From Lingula anatina (Eukaryota; Animalia; Brachiopoda), in assembly GCA_051362555.1 (NCBI GenBank), contig CM120640.1, positions 2,728,001-2,792,000 on the forward strand: DNA of 64,000 bases, in the 5' to 3' direction. Shown piece after piece: positions 13,101 to 25,429 of the stretch. A program made the translations under genes and the position numbers. How positions within the stretch are numbered: the first letter of the stretch is position 1; the number at the start of each line of letters is the position of its first letter. The notes under the pieces were generated by a model, which did not search any database, was not told the DNA's origin, and saw nothing but the letters and a program-made list of their open reading frames with translations.

Positions 13101-16100
13101 GATAAGGGCCCCCGTACCCATCTCATGGATTTAGGTCACCTATAATCTCAACTCGTTCCACGTAAAATTTGGGCTTTGTCGGTATTGGGGTCTGGGTGTG
13201 GCACTCATTGCAATGCACCCTTGTCTAAAAATGGCAAAATTAAATGCTAATTATCTACCCTACGGAAGGGGTTATGGGAAAAATTTCTATAGACGGCTTT
13301 CCAAAAGTCATATGTGTAGATTTCAAATATACCCTTGGATTTGACCTTTGACCTTTATTTCAAGGTCAAATGGGCCAAAATTTTCAAAAAAATGAAATTT
13401 TTTACGAAAAAAAATTTTTTTGCCCTGTTATTCAGACACCACACAGACTTAACCAATAATATTATTGGAAAGTGTTACCCTTCAGGTCATCTTTCATCTC
13501 CATGAATTTGGGGTCAATCGGTGCATTTTCACGGGAGTAGCGGCCATAAGATACCGAAACTGAAAACTGTCTCTAATTCGGGAACCGTTAATGCTAGAAA
13601 CCCATTCTTTTTTGCATTTTGTAGAGCATGTAAAGCCCAACACTGGAGGTGGTCTCGGTTTTTTTGTATTCCATACGGTTTTCGAGTTACGCTGTATCAA
13701 AAAGCACATATTGGTGGTAAAAGCAAAATGTGCAGTACGGTAATGGATAATAAATTTTGAACTCTGGAAAAATAAAACATAAGGCTTGGCAAAGCAGACA
13801 ACTTGTGTTCAAAAATGACATTATTTCATCAAATTTGAACTTCTGAAACTTCAGAGCACCTCCTATTTCAAGAATTTTGACCAAAATGACATTTTCTTTA
13901 TTTTAATTAATTTTTTCTGTACGAAATTTAAGGCACATTATGGTAACTCCAAAATTATAACATTTAGTCCCTTATATCTCCAAAACTGGCAGAGATAGGT
14001 CCATAGTTACTATTGAAGTTGAATAGGAAGTCATATACTGGCAATCTTACTATGACCTTGAAATTGACCTTTGACCTACTTTTCACCATGAACTGAACTT
14101 TGCAAATTTTTCTTCCCTTTTATCTCCAAAACTGGCAGAGATAGGTCCATAGTTACTATTGAACTTGAATAGGAAGTCATATAATGGCAATCTATATGTG
14201 ACCTTGAAATTGACCTTTGACCTACTTTTCACCATGAACTGAATTTTGCAAATTTTGCTTTCCTTTTATCTCCAAAACTGGCTGAGATAGGTCCGTAGTT
14301 ACTATTGAACTTGAATAGGAAGTCATACTGGCAATCTAAATGTGACCTTAAAATTGACCTTTGACCTACTTTTCACCATGAACTGAACTTTGCAAATTTT
14401 TCTTCCCTTTTATCTCCAAAACTGGCAGAGATAGGTCCATAGTTACTATTGAAGTTGAATAGGAAGTCATATACTGGCAATCTAAATGTGACCTTAAAAT
14501 TGACCTTTGACCTACTTTACACCATGAACTGAATTTTGCAAATTTTGCTTTCCTTTTATCTCCAAAACTGGCTGAGATAGGTCCATAGTTACTATTGAAG
14601 TTGAATAGGAAGTCATATAGTGGCAATCTAGATGTGACCTTAAAATTGACCTTTGACCTACTTTTCACCATGAACTGAACTTTGCAAATTTTGCTTCCCT
14701 TTTATCTCCAAAACTGGCAGAGATAGGTCCATAGTTACTATTGAACTTGAATAGGAAGTCATATACTGGCAATCTAAATGTGACCTTGAAATTGACCTTT
14801 GACCTACTTTTCACCATGAACTGAACTTTGCAAACTTTTCTTCCCTTTTATCTCCAAAACTGGCAGAGATAGGTCCATAGTTACTATTGAACTTGAAAAG
14901 GAAGTCATATACTGGCAATCTAAATGTGACCTTAAAATTGACCTTTGACCTACTTTACACCATGAACTGAATTTTGCAAATTTTGCTTTCCTTTTATCTC
15001 CAAAACTGGCTGAGATAGGTCCGTAGTTACTATTGAACTTGAATAGGAAGTCATATACTGGCAATCTAAATGTGACCTCAAAATTGACCTTTGACCTACT
15101 TTTCACCATGAACTGAACTTTGCAAATTTTGCTTTATCTCCAAAACTGGCAGAGATAGGTCCATAGTTACTATTGAACTTGAATAGGAAGTCATATACTG
15201 GCAATCTAAATGTGACCTTGAAATTGACCTTTGACCTACTTTTCACCATGAACTGAATTTTGCAAATTTTGCTTCCCTTTTATCTCCAAAACTGGCAGAG
15301 ATAGGTCCATAGTTACTATTGAACTTGAATAGGAAGTCATATACTGGCAATCTATATGTGACCTTGAAATTGACCTTTGACCTACTTTTCACCATGAACT
15401 GAACTTTGCAAATTTTGCTTTATCTCCAAAACTGGCAGAGATAGGTCCATAGTTACTATTGAACTTGAATAGAAATCATATACTGGCAATCTAAATGTGA
15501 CCTTGAAATTGACCTTTGACCTACTTTTCACCATGAACTGAATTTTGCAAATTTTGCTTCCCTTTTATCTCCAAAACTGGCTGAGATAGGTCCATAGTTA
15601 CTATTGATGTTGAATAGGAAGTCCTATACTGGCAATCTAAGTGTGACCTTGAAATTGACCTTTTACCTACTTTTTATCATGAACTGAACTCTGCTAATTT
15701 CTTTCTCTTTTAACTTCAAACTTGACAGAGATAGGTCCATAGTTACTCTTGAACTTGAATAGGAAGTCATATACTGGCAATTTACTGTGACCTTGAAATT
15801 GACCCTTGACCTACCTTATGAAGAACTTAAATTTGATTGTACCATATATATTTTTTGCAATAGTTTAAAAATTCTTGTTGATTGCATTTTTACAGCTTGT
15901 CAAGCACAAAACTGGTGGCTGTGTCCCTTATTTTGTGTATGTGGGGGTCTATACGAATGCGCTTGCTCCAGCTGGTGGTACAATATTCGGAGGCGGTATC
16001 GCCTCTCTGATCCTCTAGTTTTTATACCCTTTGAATCATCATATCTTTGAGTTTTGAAAGTGATTTGAACTTCAAACATTTATTCATATATTATTCATGC

Positions 16101-19100
16101 ATTTATTTCACTTTGCATGAAAGCCAGTGTTCTGAGAAGGGTTTCAAATCCATTATTCAAAAAGAGTGTAACAAAAAACCAGGTTAAAAGTAGGAAGATT
16201 TCAGACTAAAAATCCCATGCTCTCTACTGTACTACAATAAGATTAAGATAAGGGATATAAATTGATGTGTAGGAGTTGGCAAGTTAAACACTTTGCTGTT
16301 GATACTGTACAAATAAATATCCAGGGCTGACAGTCTGTAGTGATAGTAAGCATACATAGTTTACACAAAGTGTTTAGAAGAATCCACCAAACTGTTTTAA
16401 CATAAAGATAATAATGAAAATAATAATAATAATATTTATATTGAGAACCAAATACTATTGTTAACACAAGTGTGGGTTCTCATACTGTGAAGTCCATGTC
16501 CAACGTAATTTAAAGATCATATCACTTCAGTATTATATAATGTGGACACAGCAGTACTACAAAGTAAACTAATAAATTACAATATTATTTGTAACTACAC
16601 AGTTACCATACAGCATAGTAAGAGTAATTACATAATCTTTTTTTTTTCTTTTGCACAATTTTGTATTGCTTAAGATTAATCCATTGCTGAGGATTCATTT
16701 TGAAATCCCCATACTTCCTGATTGAATCCAACTTGAATTATGTCAGTTTTCATTTTACAAATGTCAGTTTGCCAAAACATTTTTGTGAAATGTGTAAGTT
16801 GTTTTTGAGTGTTTTCACTTTAGTTGGCTGAAGTCAGCCCTGTTGACAAAATTGAATTTTTGCAAGCAGTATATTCATGTGGACTGGGCCGTGCACTATC
16901 AGTAATGTATTTGTAATTGCTTCTGTCTGAGTGTCAGTGTTGTTGTGCTGTGTGACTAAATAGAGGACCCTCATGACAACAATTCAGGCAATTTCGGGGA
17001 GGGGGTGTAATAATTCACTCAGCCTGAGTAATAATATAGAAACTGGATCAAATTTTGATTCAATGTGGACCTTTTTTGGTCATATTAGGGTGGTTCTTAA
17101 TTTCACACCGAAAAAGAACCCCTCCCCCCCCCCCCCCACCCCCCCCCCCCCCCACCCACCCAAGCCAGCCTCCCAACCTAACCTTGGACATTATGCCTAA
17201 TATTCTCATTTGAACTTCATCTGGTGTGAGGGACAGCAATATTTTTTAGGCAACTCACTAGCTTCAGTCTAAATGTATAATACCTGCATGATCTTCAGGT
17301 TATTCCCACCTTAATTTACCTCTTCTTTTTCATTGGGTTGTAGTAAAGGTGGGGGGTTTGGCTGGGGGTGGGGGAGGGGGGGCTCTTTCTGTTTAATACA
17401 AATAAAACTATATGTCATTGTTGATAAGGTAAAGGATGGTAGAATTAAGGGACATATTTGTGAATGGTCAATTAATTGTGGATAGTCTATTAATTGTGAT
17501 ATCAAAGAACATAGTGCAGGTATGAAGGGAGAGAGGGGGGAGGAGGATCTCTCTTCCTGATCTCTCTTCCTGTTCAAAATAAACAGAACCGTGTCATTCA
17601 CAGTAGATAAAGGTATAGTTGACTTATTTGTTGCATGGTTTGTTGTGATAACAAAGTACACAGTTCAAGGATGGTTGGGGATTACTTGATCATGATGCAG
17701 GTTATTAATTGTGGATATAGGTGATAATTTGGCTTTTATATTATTGATATAACTCGTGTTGTAAGATAGGATATAATATTTATCTGATAGTCCCATGCTT
17801 AAGATAACAAAGTACTTGTGATTGGATCATGACTGTCAAATAGTGAATTGTAGGTTTTTTTATGTACAGACACAGATGTGTCTGTACATATTGCCATCAC
17901 CTGCGTCTGTCGTCGCCGTCGCCGATCATGTCGCCGTCGCCGTGCACTTTCAGCGTTAACACCATAAGTGGAAGACAGTTTTACTTTTTGTCTTTATATT
18001 TACAGAGCTGATGAATATTCATAAAACACAGGTCAAGTTTGAAAATCAGCATGATCGGGCCATTATTGTAGAATTTATGCTGTTTTTTCACTTTTCAGCA
18101 TATATGCAACACTGTTAACACATTTCAAGGAAAACTGATGGGCCTGTTGTCATGAAACTCACAGGAGTAATCAATCTTACTAAAACGCAGATCAAGTTCG
18201 AAAATCGGCATGATCGGGCCACTGTTTTAGTAGTTATGCTGTTTTTTCACTTTTCAGCATATATGCAACACTGTTAACACATTTCAAGGAAAACCCATAG
18301 GCCTGTTGTCATGAAACTCACAGGAGTAATCAATCTTACTAAAACGCAGGTCAAGTTCGAAAATCGGCATGATCGGGCCACTATTTTAGTAGTTATGCTG
18401 TTTTTTCACTTTTCAGCATATATGCAACACTGTTAACACATTTCAAGGAAAACCCATAGGCCTGTTGTCATGAAACTCACAGGAGTAATCAATCTTACTA
18501 AAACGCAGGTCAAGTTCGAAAATCAGCATAATCAGACCATTATTTTATAAGTTATGCTGTTTTTTCACATTTCCTCAGATTCAATTCTTAGGCATGTTAA
18601 CAGTCTCATTATTTAATTAATAAGATACTTAAAAGTGTTTGTTTGACATTTCCTGCATCTTTACAACATTGTTAGTTGATTACGTAAAAATGATGGTTAA
18701 CTTGTAATCGTGTATTGTGTAATAAGGTGTCAAATATGGAAATAAACTCATATCATTGCAGTTTGTAAGATTCAATCATTCACTATGTTCAGAAACTCAG
18801 AATGGAGGAAATTGGACATTTGACACTGTTCTATTGATATTTTTCACATCTCATCAATTTTCTTAGTTGATCTTATAAAAATGGCAGTAAACTGTTAATT
18901 TTGTTTTATTTTAAAAAAAGTGTTAAAAATGGAAATAAACCCATTTCAGAATAGTGCTGTCTTGTTTCACATTTCCTCAGATTCAATTTTTAGGCATGTT
19001 AACAGTTTCATTATTTAATTAATAAGATAAGTAAAAGTGTTTGTTTGACATTTCCTGCATCTTTACAACATTGTTAGTTGATTTTGTAAAAATGATGGTA

Positions 19101-20430
19101 AACTTGTTATCGTGTATTGTGTAATAAAGTTTCAAAAATGGAAATAAACTCATATCATTGCAGTTTGTAAGATTCAATCATTCACTATGTTCAGAAACTC
19201 AGAATGGAGGAAATTGGACATTTGACACCGTTTTATTGATATTTTTCACTTCTAATCAATTTTCTTAGTTGATCACATAAAAATGGCAGTAAACTGTTAA
19301 TTTTGTTTTATGTTAAAAAAGTGTAAAAATGGAAAAAAAAAAAAACATTTCAGAACAGTGCTGTCTTGTTTACATTTTGGCATTTTCAAGTTGTGACTTT
19401 GAAGTTCCATGGGCCTGAAGACCTTTGCTAGTCACATTTTCTGAATATCCATAATACTAATATTTTATTATTAAAAATTGATGGTCATTATGCTGTTAAA
19501 CGTTATGTAATATTGCATCAAAATTTGGAAAAAAAATATTTTGGGCACTGCTCCCATGATTACCATTTAAGAAAAATCATGTCACTTACTGTTCTCAAAC
19601 TTACAGGAAAGAAACATGGGACTAACATACAGCTTCAGTAGGCAATGCAGTCTGTTTGGTAATTCTTTCTGCTAGTTAAACAGTTTTTTTTTTTGTGAAA
19701 ATTTAATTTTTCACATATTGGCATTTTCAAGGTGTGACTTTGAAGTTCCATGGGCTTGAAGACCCATGCTAGTCATATTTTCCGAAAATCCATGATACAT
19801 ATATTTTATTATTAAAAATTGACGGTCATTATGCTGTTAACCACTATGTAATATTGCATCAGAATAGAAGAAAACACAATTTTGGATGCTGCTGCCATGA
19901 TGACCATTATGGGAAAACCATGTTACTGATGATTGCCAAATGTTCAGAAAAGAAATACAGGACTAAAATGCAGCCTGAGTTGGAAAAGCAGTCTAATTGG
20001 CTTCTTTTTCTGGAAGTTATACATTTTCAAAGTGTGAACTTGAACTGCCATTGGCCTGAAGCCTTATGCTTGTTACACATTTTACTTACATTGGTATTAC
20101 CTGTTGAGCATAATTAAAATTTGATGTTGAATTTGCAGTTTAACATAATGTACTTTTGCATCAGAATTGACAGTAGCCTATTTTGTGCATAGTTATTTCC
20201 TGCTTTTTGTCTGTACATTTGACAGCTTTGCTGCCTTGTTTTCCTTTTTTTTAAATGGTATTATGGCTTTGACTGTTCAACTATCTTAACTTAATTGTTG
20301 ACTTTACCCTTTTCAGGCTAGAAAGCAAGCAGTAAAAGAAGAAAAGAGAGAAAAACGTCAAAACAAAATTCCAAAGCATGTGAAGAAAAGGAAAGAGAAA
20401 CTTGCCCAAGCCAGGCACGGGAAGAAATGA
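1417..20430 (+). CDS. RIOK1: Serine/threonine-protein kinase RIO1, 16 coding exons
   Basis: Exons 1417-1457, 1897-1931, 2225-2326, 2454-2497, 2752-2848, 3097-3175, 3534-3723, 4005-4066, 4227-4307, 4481-4567, 4853-5094, 5366-5538, 5949-6041, 7449-7502, 11372-11557, 20317-20430; all GT-AG and phase-compatible. Motifs [63 protein letters not shown] and the basic tail [12 protein letters not shown] are diagnostic of RIO1. Confidence 0.97.
6773..7044. repeat. 48-bp minisatellite, ~5 copies plus a partial, RIOK1 intron 13
   Basis: Unit ccagtgtgtaaggtcaacataataccctatgctgtagaccagtgagct starts at 6804, 6852, 6900, 6948 and 6996. Confidence 0.95.
8446..8638 (+). mobile_element. Copy of a ~160-220 bp dispersed MITE-like repeat family (decayed)
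   Basis: Starts CAGGACTGTAGCCATC, then a G/T tract and TTTCTGAAAAA. Aligns by eye with copies at 21666, 22687, 29023 and 33285. Confidence 0.55.
10043..10102. repeat. (TA)n microsatellite
   Basis: About 30 perfect TA units. Confidence 0.98.
10438..10600 (+). mobile_element. 5'-truncated RTE-clade LINE 3' end with target-site duplication
   Basis: Translates [35 protein letters not shown]...stop, with an RTE-like C-terminal AQ(D/N)RxxWR motif. Followed by a (GAT)n tail. Flanked by aatatgtgtagtat (10424-10437) and aatatgtgcagtat (10601-10614). Confidence 0.8.
11960..12217. mobile_element. Palindromic MITE, PIF/Harbinger-like (TTA TSD)
   Basis: Ends GGCTTCATTCACATG and CATGTGAACGAAGCC. Nearly the whole 258 bp folds back on itself. 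TTA on both flanks (11957-11959, 12218-12220). Confidence 0.85.
12977..16018 (+). mobile_element. Non-autonomous Helentron-associated element (HINE/DINE-1-like) with internal satellite
   Basis: 5' subTIR ATTGTACCACCAGC (12986-12999) with an adjacent inverted copy (13006-13017), then a GC-rich ccg-type simple tract and the 146-bp array. 3' subTIR GCTGGTGGTACAAT (15971-15984), hairpin GAGGCG-gtat-CGCCTC, terminal CTAG followed by a T run. Left boundary is approximate. Confidence 0.8.
13970..15815. repeat. 146-bp tandem satellite, ~13 copies
   Basis: Anchor caaaactgg at 13981, 14127, 14273, 14417, 14563, 14709, 14855, 15001, 15141, 15287, 15427, 15572 and ~15717 (periods 140-146). Confidence 0.97.
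17855..20238 (+). mobile_element. Second HINE-like element of a different family, with internal tandem repeats
   Basis: T run, subTIR ATGTACAGACA (17862-17872) with inverted copy (17879-17889), (cgtcgc)-type microsatellite, internal repeats. 3' subTIR TGTCTGTACAT (20208-20218), short hairpin cagc-ttt-gctg, CTTG then T run. Confidence 0.8.
18020..19870. repeat. Compound tandem repeats: 159-bp x ~3.4, then ~402-bp x2, then a ~340-bp-period partial duplication
   Basis: cag(g/a)tcaag at 18029, 18188, 18347, 18506. tttcacatttcctcagattc at ~18563 and ~18965. ttggcattttcaag at ~19377 and ~19717. Confidence 0.9.
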
Positions 20431-20828
20431 TATGGCTTCATGCATTGCAGATTAATTTAATGCGAATTGGATAATCCGCTGATGTTTCCACACCATATAT
20501 TAAAATGGAAGACAATTGATTGAAAATGTCATTATACGGAAGACTTTTGAAAACCTGTTATTCCAATTGTTTTTCTTGGCCTTTGAATTGTTTTCAGCAA
20601 TTAATTATTACTAGTAATGGCTTATCTTGCCCCACCTTCAATTGATATGGCTAAGTGGGTGCATGTGGTGCTCATAGATATCCAAACTCCCTCACACATA
20701 CAGTAATACCATTCTGATGACATTCCAGTGGACTCCCTCTGGACGCATTATTTCAATTAAAGCAAAAATGTGTATCTCCTTTGGATTATGATTTTGAATA
20801 ACACAGGCCTTTTGCAGTTGACAATACA

Positions 20829-20846
20829 TGGCCACCAGGGGGCTAC
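20829..20846 (+). promoter_or_regulatory. Candidate CTCF-binding motif
   Basis: TGGCCACCAGGGGGCTAC closely matches the CTCF core CCACCAGGGGGCGC. Motif match only. Confidence 0.45.
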
Positions 20847-21106
20847 ACTGGTTGGCAGTACTACTAGTATGTTCACAGACTTCTGTAACGATGAATACTG
20901 GGATAATCATTAATTGCGACTCCACCCAAGTATCACAGTCTACTAGAACAATCGCTATTATCAATGCACATAACCAGTTTGAAGGCAGAACAACAATGGA
21001 TGCCGTATGAATCAGTTCTCTTATAGCCAGGATGTGATGGGTCAATAAACAGAATATTGAATTACAAGGAGGGGGTGGAGTTGGCATACTTACAGCCCTT
21101 TATTAC

Positions 21107-21168
21107 AATAAAGTTTGCCAAATATTATGATCAGTTTTGTTAACAGTCCAAAATATAATAATAATAAA
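21107..21168 (+). terminator. Candidate RIOK1 polyadenylation signals
   Basis: AATAAA at 21107-21112 and 21163-21168, followed by T/GT-rich sequence. Confidence 0.45.
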
Positions 21169-21665
21169 ACATTGGAAAGCTGATTTTGTATAGGGTTGCA
21201 TTTCGATCCTAAGTTTTCCATCCATTTGTGCCACCGAAACGAGTGACACAAGATTTTTTTTAAGATTTTTTTTTTTTCAAAAAAAGTATTATACTGATAT
21301 GCATCATTGTAAATGTCAACTTTCTCCTAAATTATGCCATAAAAGAGTCACTGTAGCATTGCTTTAAAGTGAGTTAGAGTTTAAGAGCAATATAAAACTA
21401 TTTTGAATGACACCTACACACAAATTATTAAGTTTCTTTCACATTTTATTATAAGAAGTGCTTAAGAATGTTATTATTCTTTTATGATATTGAAGTTGAG
21501 TAAACAGGATCTTTAACAAATAAGTAAGCCATTGACAAAAGATACATACTGATTACCTCAACTCTTATGTTTGTTGACATACTCAAGTCTTCATAAAGTT
21601 GGGGCTTAAAGCCAATAGAGGAGGGCTATTGAAATAATGGTCCCAAATCTTGAGATTAGGGCAGC

Positions 21666-21855
21666 TAGGGCCGTAGCCAGGAGGTGGGGGTTTTCAGGGC
21701 TTCTAACCCCCCCCCCCCCCCCCCCCCCTCTTGCTGGAAAAAACGTTCCCTCTGGGTAAAACTTTATCTAGGTACACGATGGTTTCATGGTAAAGGGTCC
21801 CCTTTTTCTGATAAAGAAACCCCCCCCCCTTTTGAAATTTCTGGCTACAGGTCTG
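21666..21855 (-). mobile_element. MITE-like repeat family copy with terminal inverted repeats
   Basis: Ends TAGGGCCGTAGCCAG and CTGGCTACAGGTCTG, with internal poly-C tracts. Best-preserved member of the family. Confidence 0.7.
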
Positions 21856-22686
21856 ATAGCTCTCCAGGTCTTACTTAATGTGTCGTATAGGTGGCTCCAC
21901 GCCCTAAATACAACCAGAGATGGGTAGAAAAGGAGTGGGCAACATTTTTACACCCACCAGAAGAGATGATCAAAGAGAAAGGATGAGTAACAATGGTTCC
22001 GTTTACCTCACGGCTCCAAATTACAGGGTCTATGAGCAGTGGGGTGGAAAGATGGGCTGACGTCTCTCTCTACATCATTATGTGCTCATCTGACACCAGT
22101 TGATTGCAGATTATTGTACGCTGCTGTCACTTTTAGATAATTTCCAACATTCCCTTCAATCTTGTGTCACTGAATGAAAAATCTAATCAAAGTAAGATGG
22201 AAATCAGATAATATCCTGTTGGAGGAAGTTCAACTCTGGGATGATGAACTATTTGAGATATGAATGGCATCTGACCACGTGAAGTGCAGAGATTGTATCT
22301 GTTTGTAAATTTACATGTCCAAGCTGAACAAAACCCCACTCAGTCTTTTTGAGATATCAGCCACAGACTTATTTTCATAGAGAGTGAGAAAGTCGTCATG
22401 CCAACAAGTTCATGCTAATTGTAGAGAAAATATTATGAGATGGCTCTCACTTACTGGATAGATATCGAGTGGTGGTGGTGGTGGGGGGGGGAGGGGCATG
22501 AAAAAGTCTGTTTTGGGTATCTGATAGAATATTTCCGAAGAACACCATGATCATATCCCATATCCACCCAGTTACTGACCTAGTTTACTTCTAAATAGCA
22601 TTTGGGGGGGGGGGGGGGGGGAGATTAAGGTGCCATACCATATGCCACACTTCTTGACCAATCTGATCTGACAAATGTACTTCGTG

Positions 22687-22849
22687 CAGGCCCAATTTCA
22701 ACCAGCAATTACAAAGGGGGGGGTCTTTTTCTGAAAAAGTGGACTTTTCACCAATCCTCACATGCCTAAATCACATTTTACCCACAGCAGACCTTCTGGC
22801 AAGAAGGGCAGTTTGTTTGAACCCTTTAACTCCCCTGGCTATGAGCCTG
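22687..22849 (+). mobile_element. MITE-like repeat family copy
   Basis: CAGGCCC ... G tract ... TTTCTGAAAAAGTGGAC ... CTGGCTATGAGCCTG. Confidence 0.6.
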
Positions 22850-24480
22850 CGGTGGCATGATTAAATGAACTTTTACCCCTTTCCCATTTAATTTTTACAC
22901 AATCCAAAGAAACATTGCTTTCCAATCTCTGCACAAATTAATGTTGGGTTTGCATGTGACCTCGTTTTCAAATTCAAGACATTATCAGTAGGTTCTAGCA
23001 TATTTTTATACATAAATCAAAATGTAAGACAAAGTTTATTCAGATCATGAAATATTCAGTTTTTATAGAGCATACACAGTGAATGACTTGTTATGAACTG
23101 TTTAACATAATATATTTTAATATTTTATTCCTTTTTTTTGTCCTCCCTCTTACTAGGGGTTTGTGCTTAAAATCAATCTAGGAAATAATTTTACAAATGT
23201 AGTCAGACTAAGTATTTTAATAAGAAAATACAGGCAACAAACAACTTGAACATTGAAAGGCTTTGTGATTTCACGTACAAAAATAATGATAATACATTTA
23301 TATGTGATCTGCTCCAAACGATCAAAGTATAAAATGGGCAATTTCTAGTAAGTCGACTTTTAAATGGCAAGGTTACAATAAGACACTCTGGAGATGTACA
23401 TAAGTCAAACTTCCATCACTTTGCAGCTGGAAGACAGAACAATGAAGTTTGCACAAATTTACAGCCCTGCACCTTGAGTCCTACATCAGGCATTTACTAT
23501 ATATGGCATGCATACTTTCAATCTTAAAATCTTTCCTTAATTGAAGCACCTTGACAGTGTGTTTTGATCGGGAAGCAATTAGGGAAATGCTACATAACCC
23601 TGCGAATCCACAATTGACAAATATTACTAACACAGTAAATAGCGTAATAAAATCCGTTTTGTAACATCAACAGACACCAATCAAGTAACCTGGACATTTT
23701 CATCTCAAAAAGCATTCAAACTGAACTGTGACCCAGTATGTTTTCAATGATGGAATATAAAATTGAAGAATACTTTGTATTTAATAAATCTCTAAAATTT
23801 AAGTTCATATGCCATAAAACATTTTCAAGTTACCCTGAGCAATGTTTTGCTAATAAAACTATACAAGTCCATTCCAGATTGTCAATAAATTTGGAATATA
23901 TGTGTCACTAGCGAAGTATGGGCATTGACTGTAGTCAACAGAGTTTAACAGAGTTTAATACGGAGGCTGTTTGACTACAGCTTTAATCCACTTCACGTGC
24001 AAAGTCTGAATATGATGAAGTATCCAGGGGTGAAGACGATCACATGCTGGCTGCTCACGAGTTGTTCTGTGGCTCCTAAACTACCGGAACATTTCCTCAA
24101 AGAAAATTCCAAGCGGTACAGAAAGCGAAAGCTCCTCATGTAGAATACATGGCAGAGCGGCAAACGAACTGCATCAGCAAAATTCCTTGGTCCCTCGTTA
24201 TTTTGATTCCCATGCAACAACAAGTTTCTTGAAAATATATTGGGTCACCTCGGATCAAGTTCCAACTCCTTCACTTTCTCCAATCTTGTCCATTGTTTTC
24301 CATCCAATAGCATCTAATTGCGTATATCCAAATATGAATAAGCTAGCATATTTCAACCGAAATCGAACTTTTGACAGTCCAACAGTTTCACCGGCTTGAT
24401 AATCCGCGGGGAGGACCTTTTGAACACGGAAAATCAGAGTGTTAATTTTGCCCAGGCCACCGTTTTTGGAGCTGTCCATC

Positions 24481-24813
24481 TTATTCTCTTGCCATGCTCT
24501 GTCCGCCGGGCGCTGCTCCTTGCACTTCCTGGGCGACCTGGACTTGTGAACAAAGATAGCAACACCAGGACATCAATATATCATTGACGAAGCTCCCTTC
24601 TATACCCTTTTGCTCTCTCACTTTCTGTCGAATCTGTGCAGCGAAGAAGATATTTGCGAAGGGAATGAGCTGTGAAAGGCCGCACAGAAGACAATCATCT
24701 CCCACCGCTTCGGCAGACTTTCCGTGGGTGTAACATGGTACAAAATAAGTGATGATGCAAATGCCGAAGTTGTCGAAGCAACCACAGAGACCATGGGACC
24801 ATTCACCTGCCAT
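24481..24813 (-). CDS. PLAC8 / cornifelin family cysteine-rich protein, 110 aa, intronless CDS
   Basis: WSHGLCGCFDNFGICIITYFVPCYTHG...DDCLLCG...IRQKVREQKGIEGSFVNDILMSWCCYLCSQVQVAQE is a typical PLAC8 domain. An acceptor ttttgcag 16 nt upstream of the ATG suggests a 5'UTR intron. Confidence 0.93.
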   Translation of the reverse strand: MAGEWSHGLCGCFDNFGICIITYFVPCYTHGKSAEAVGDDCLLCGLSQLIPFANIFFAAQIRQKVREQKGIEGSFVNDILMSWCCYLCSQVQVAQEVQGAAPGGQSMARE

Positions 24814-25429
24814 TTTTGTTGGATATTATCTGCAAAATGAAGCTACAAATACTGCAAAGCTTGGAAATATGGTGGTAAGTGTAAACCGCCAACCGGTACG
24901 CTGAGCTGGGCGTGTCATGGGACGAGTCCAATATAGCAGGTAAAATAATTGAATTTTATTTGCATTATTTATATTAAAAAGAAAAAGTTTAACTCTTTGA
25001 ATAAAGGAAAATACCTTGTAATTGATACTCACTATCCTATACAATGCAAATTTATTTAGTTAACCCATAGTACTAACCAAGGTATAATCATATGAAAAGA
25101 GCTCCCCTGTTACATTTACTTTGGATTCGTCTGGTACAACATAAATTGGAGATTAAAGGGTGGGCAAGGCGGAAATTCAGCTTGAATGGTTGTATTGTTT
25201 ATCAATAAAATAAAATTTAATAAAAAGCCAAATATACATGAAAAAATATCAATCTAGTTTTTTCGTAAGCATTTGCAAAATAAATATAAATGTATGTTTT
25301 TAATTATCACTTGTAAACCTCAAAGCTCTTTTTCTTGGGCAAACTAATGTTTTTGCAAGATAAAAAGCTAGTTATCTAATTTTGTTCCAATAAAAGTTAA
25401 CCCATTCTTCGTGACTGGTCTGTGTCCTC

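Noticed and set aside
14366-15109. Two near-identical 101-aa ORFs
   Set aside because: By-products of the 146-bp satellite (438 bp = 3 units apart); no protein-like features.
20692-21087. 131-aa minus-strand ORF and overlapping 60-aa plus-strand ORF
   Set aside because: They lie in the probable RIOK1 3'UTR, with no recognisable domain or splice context.
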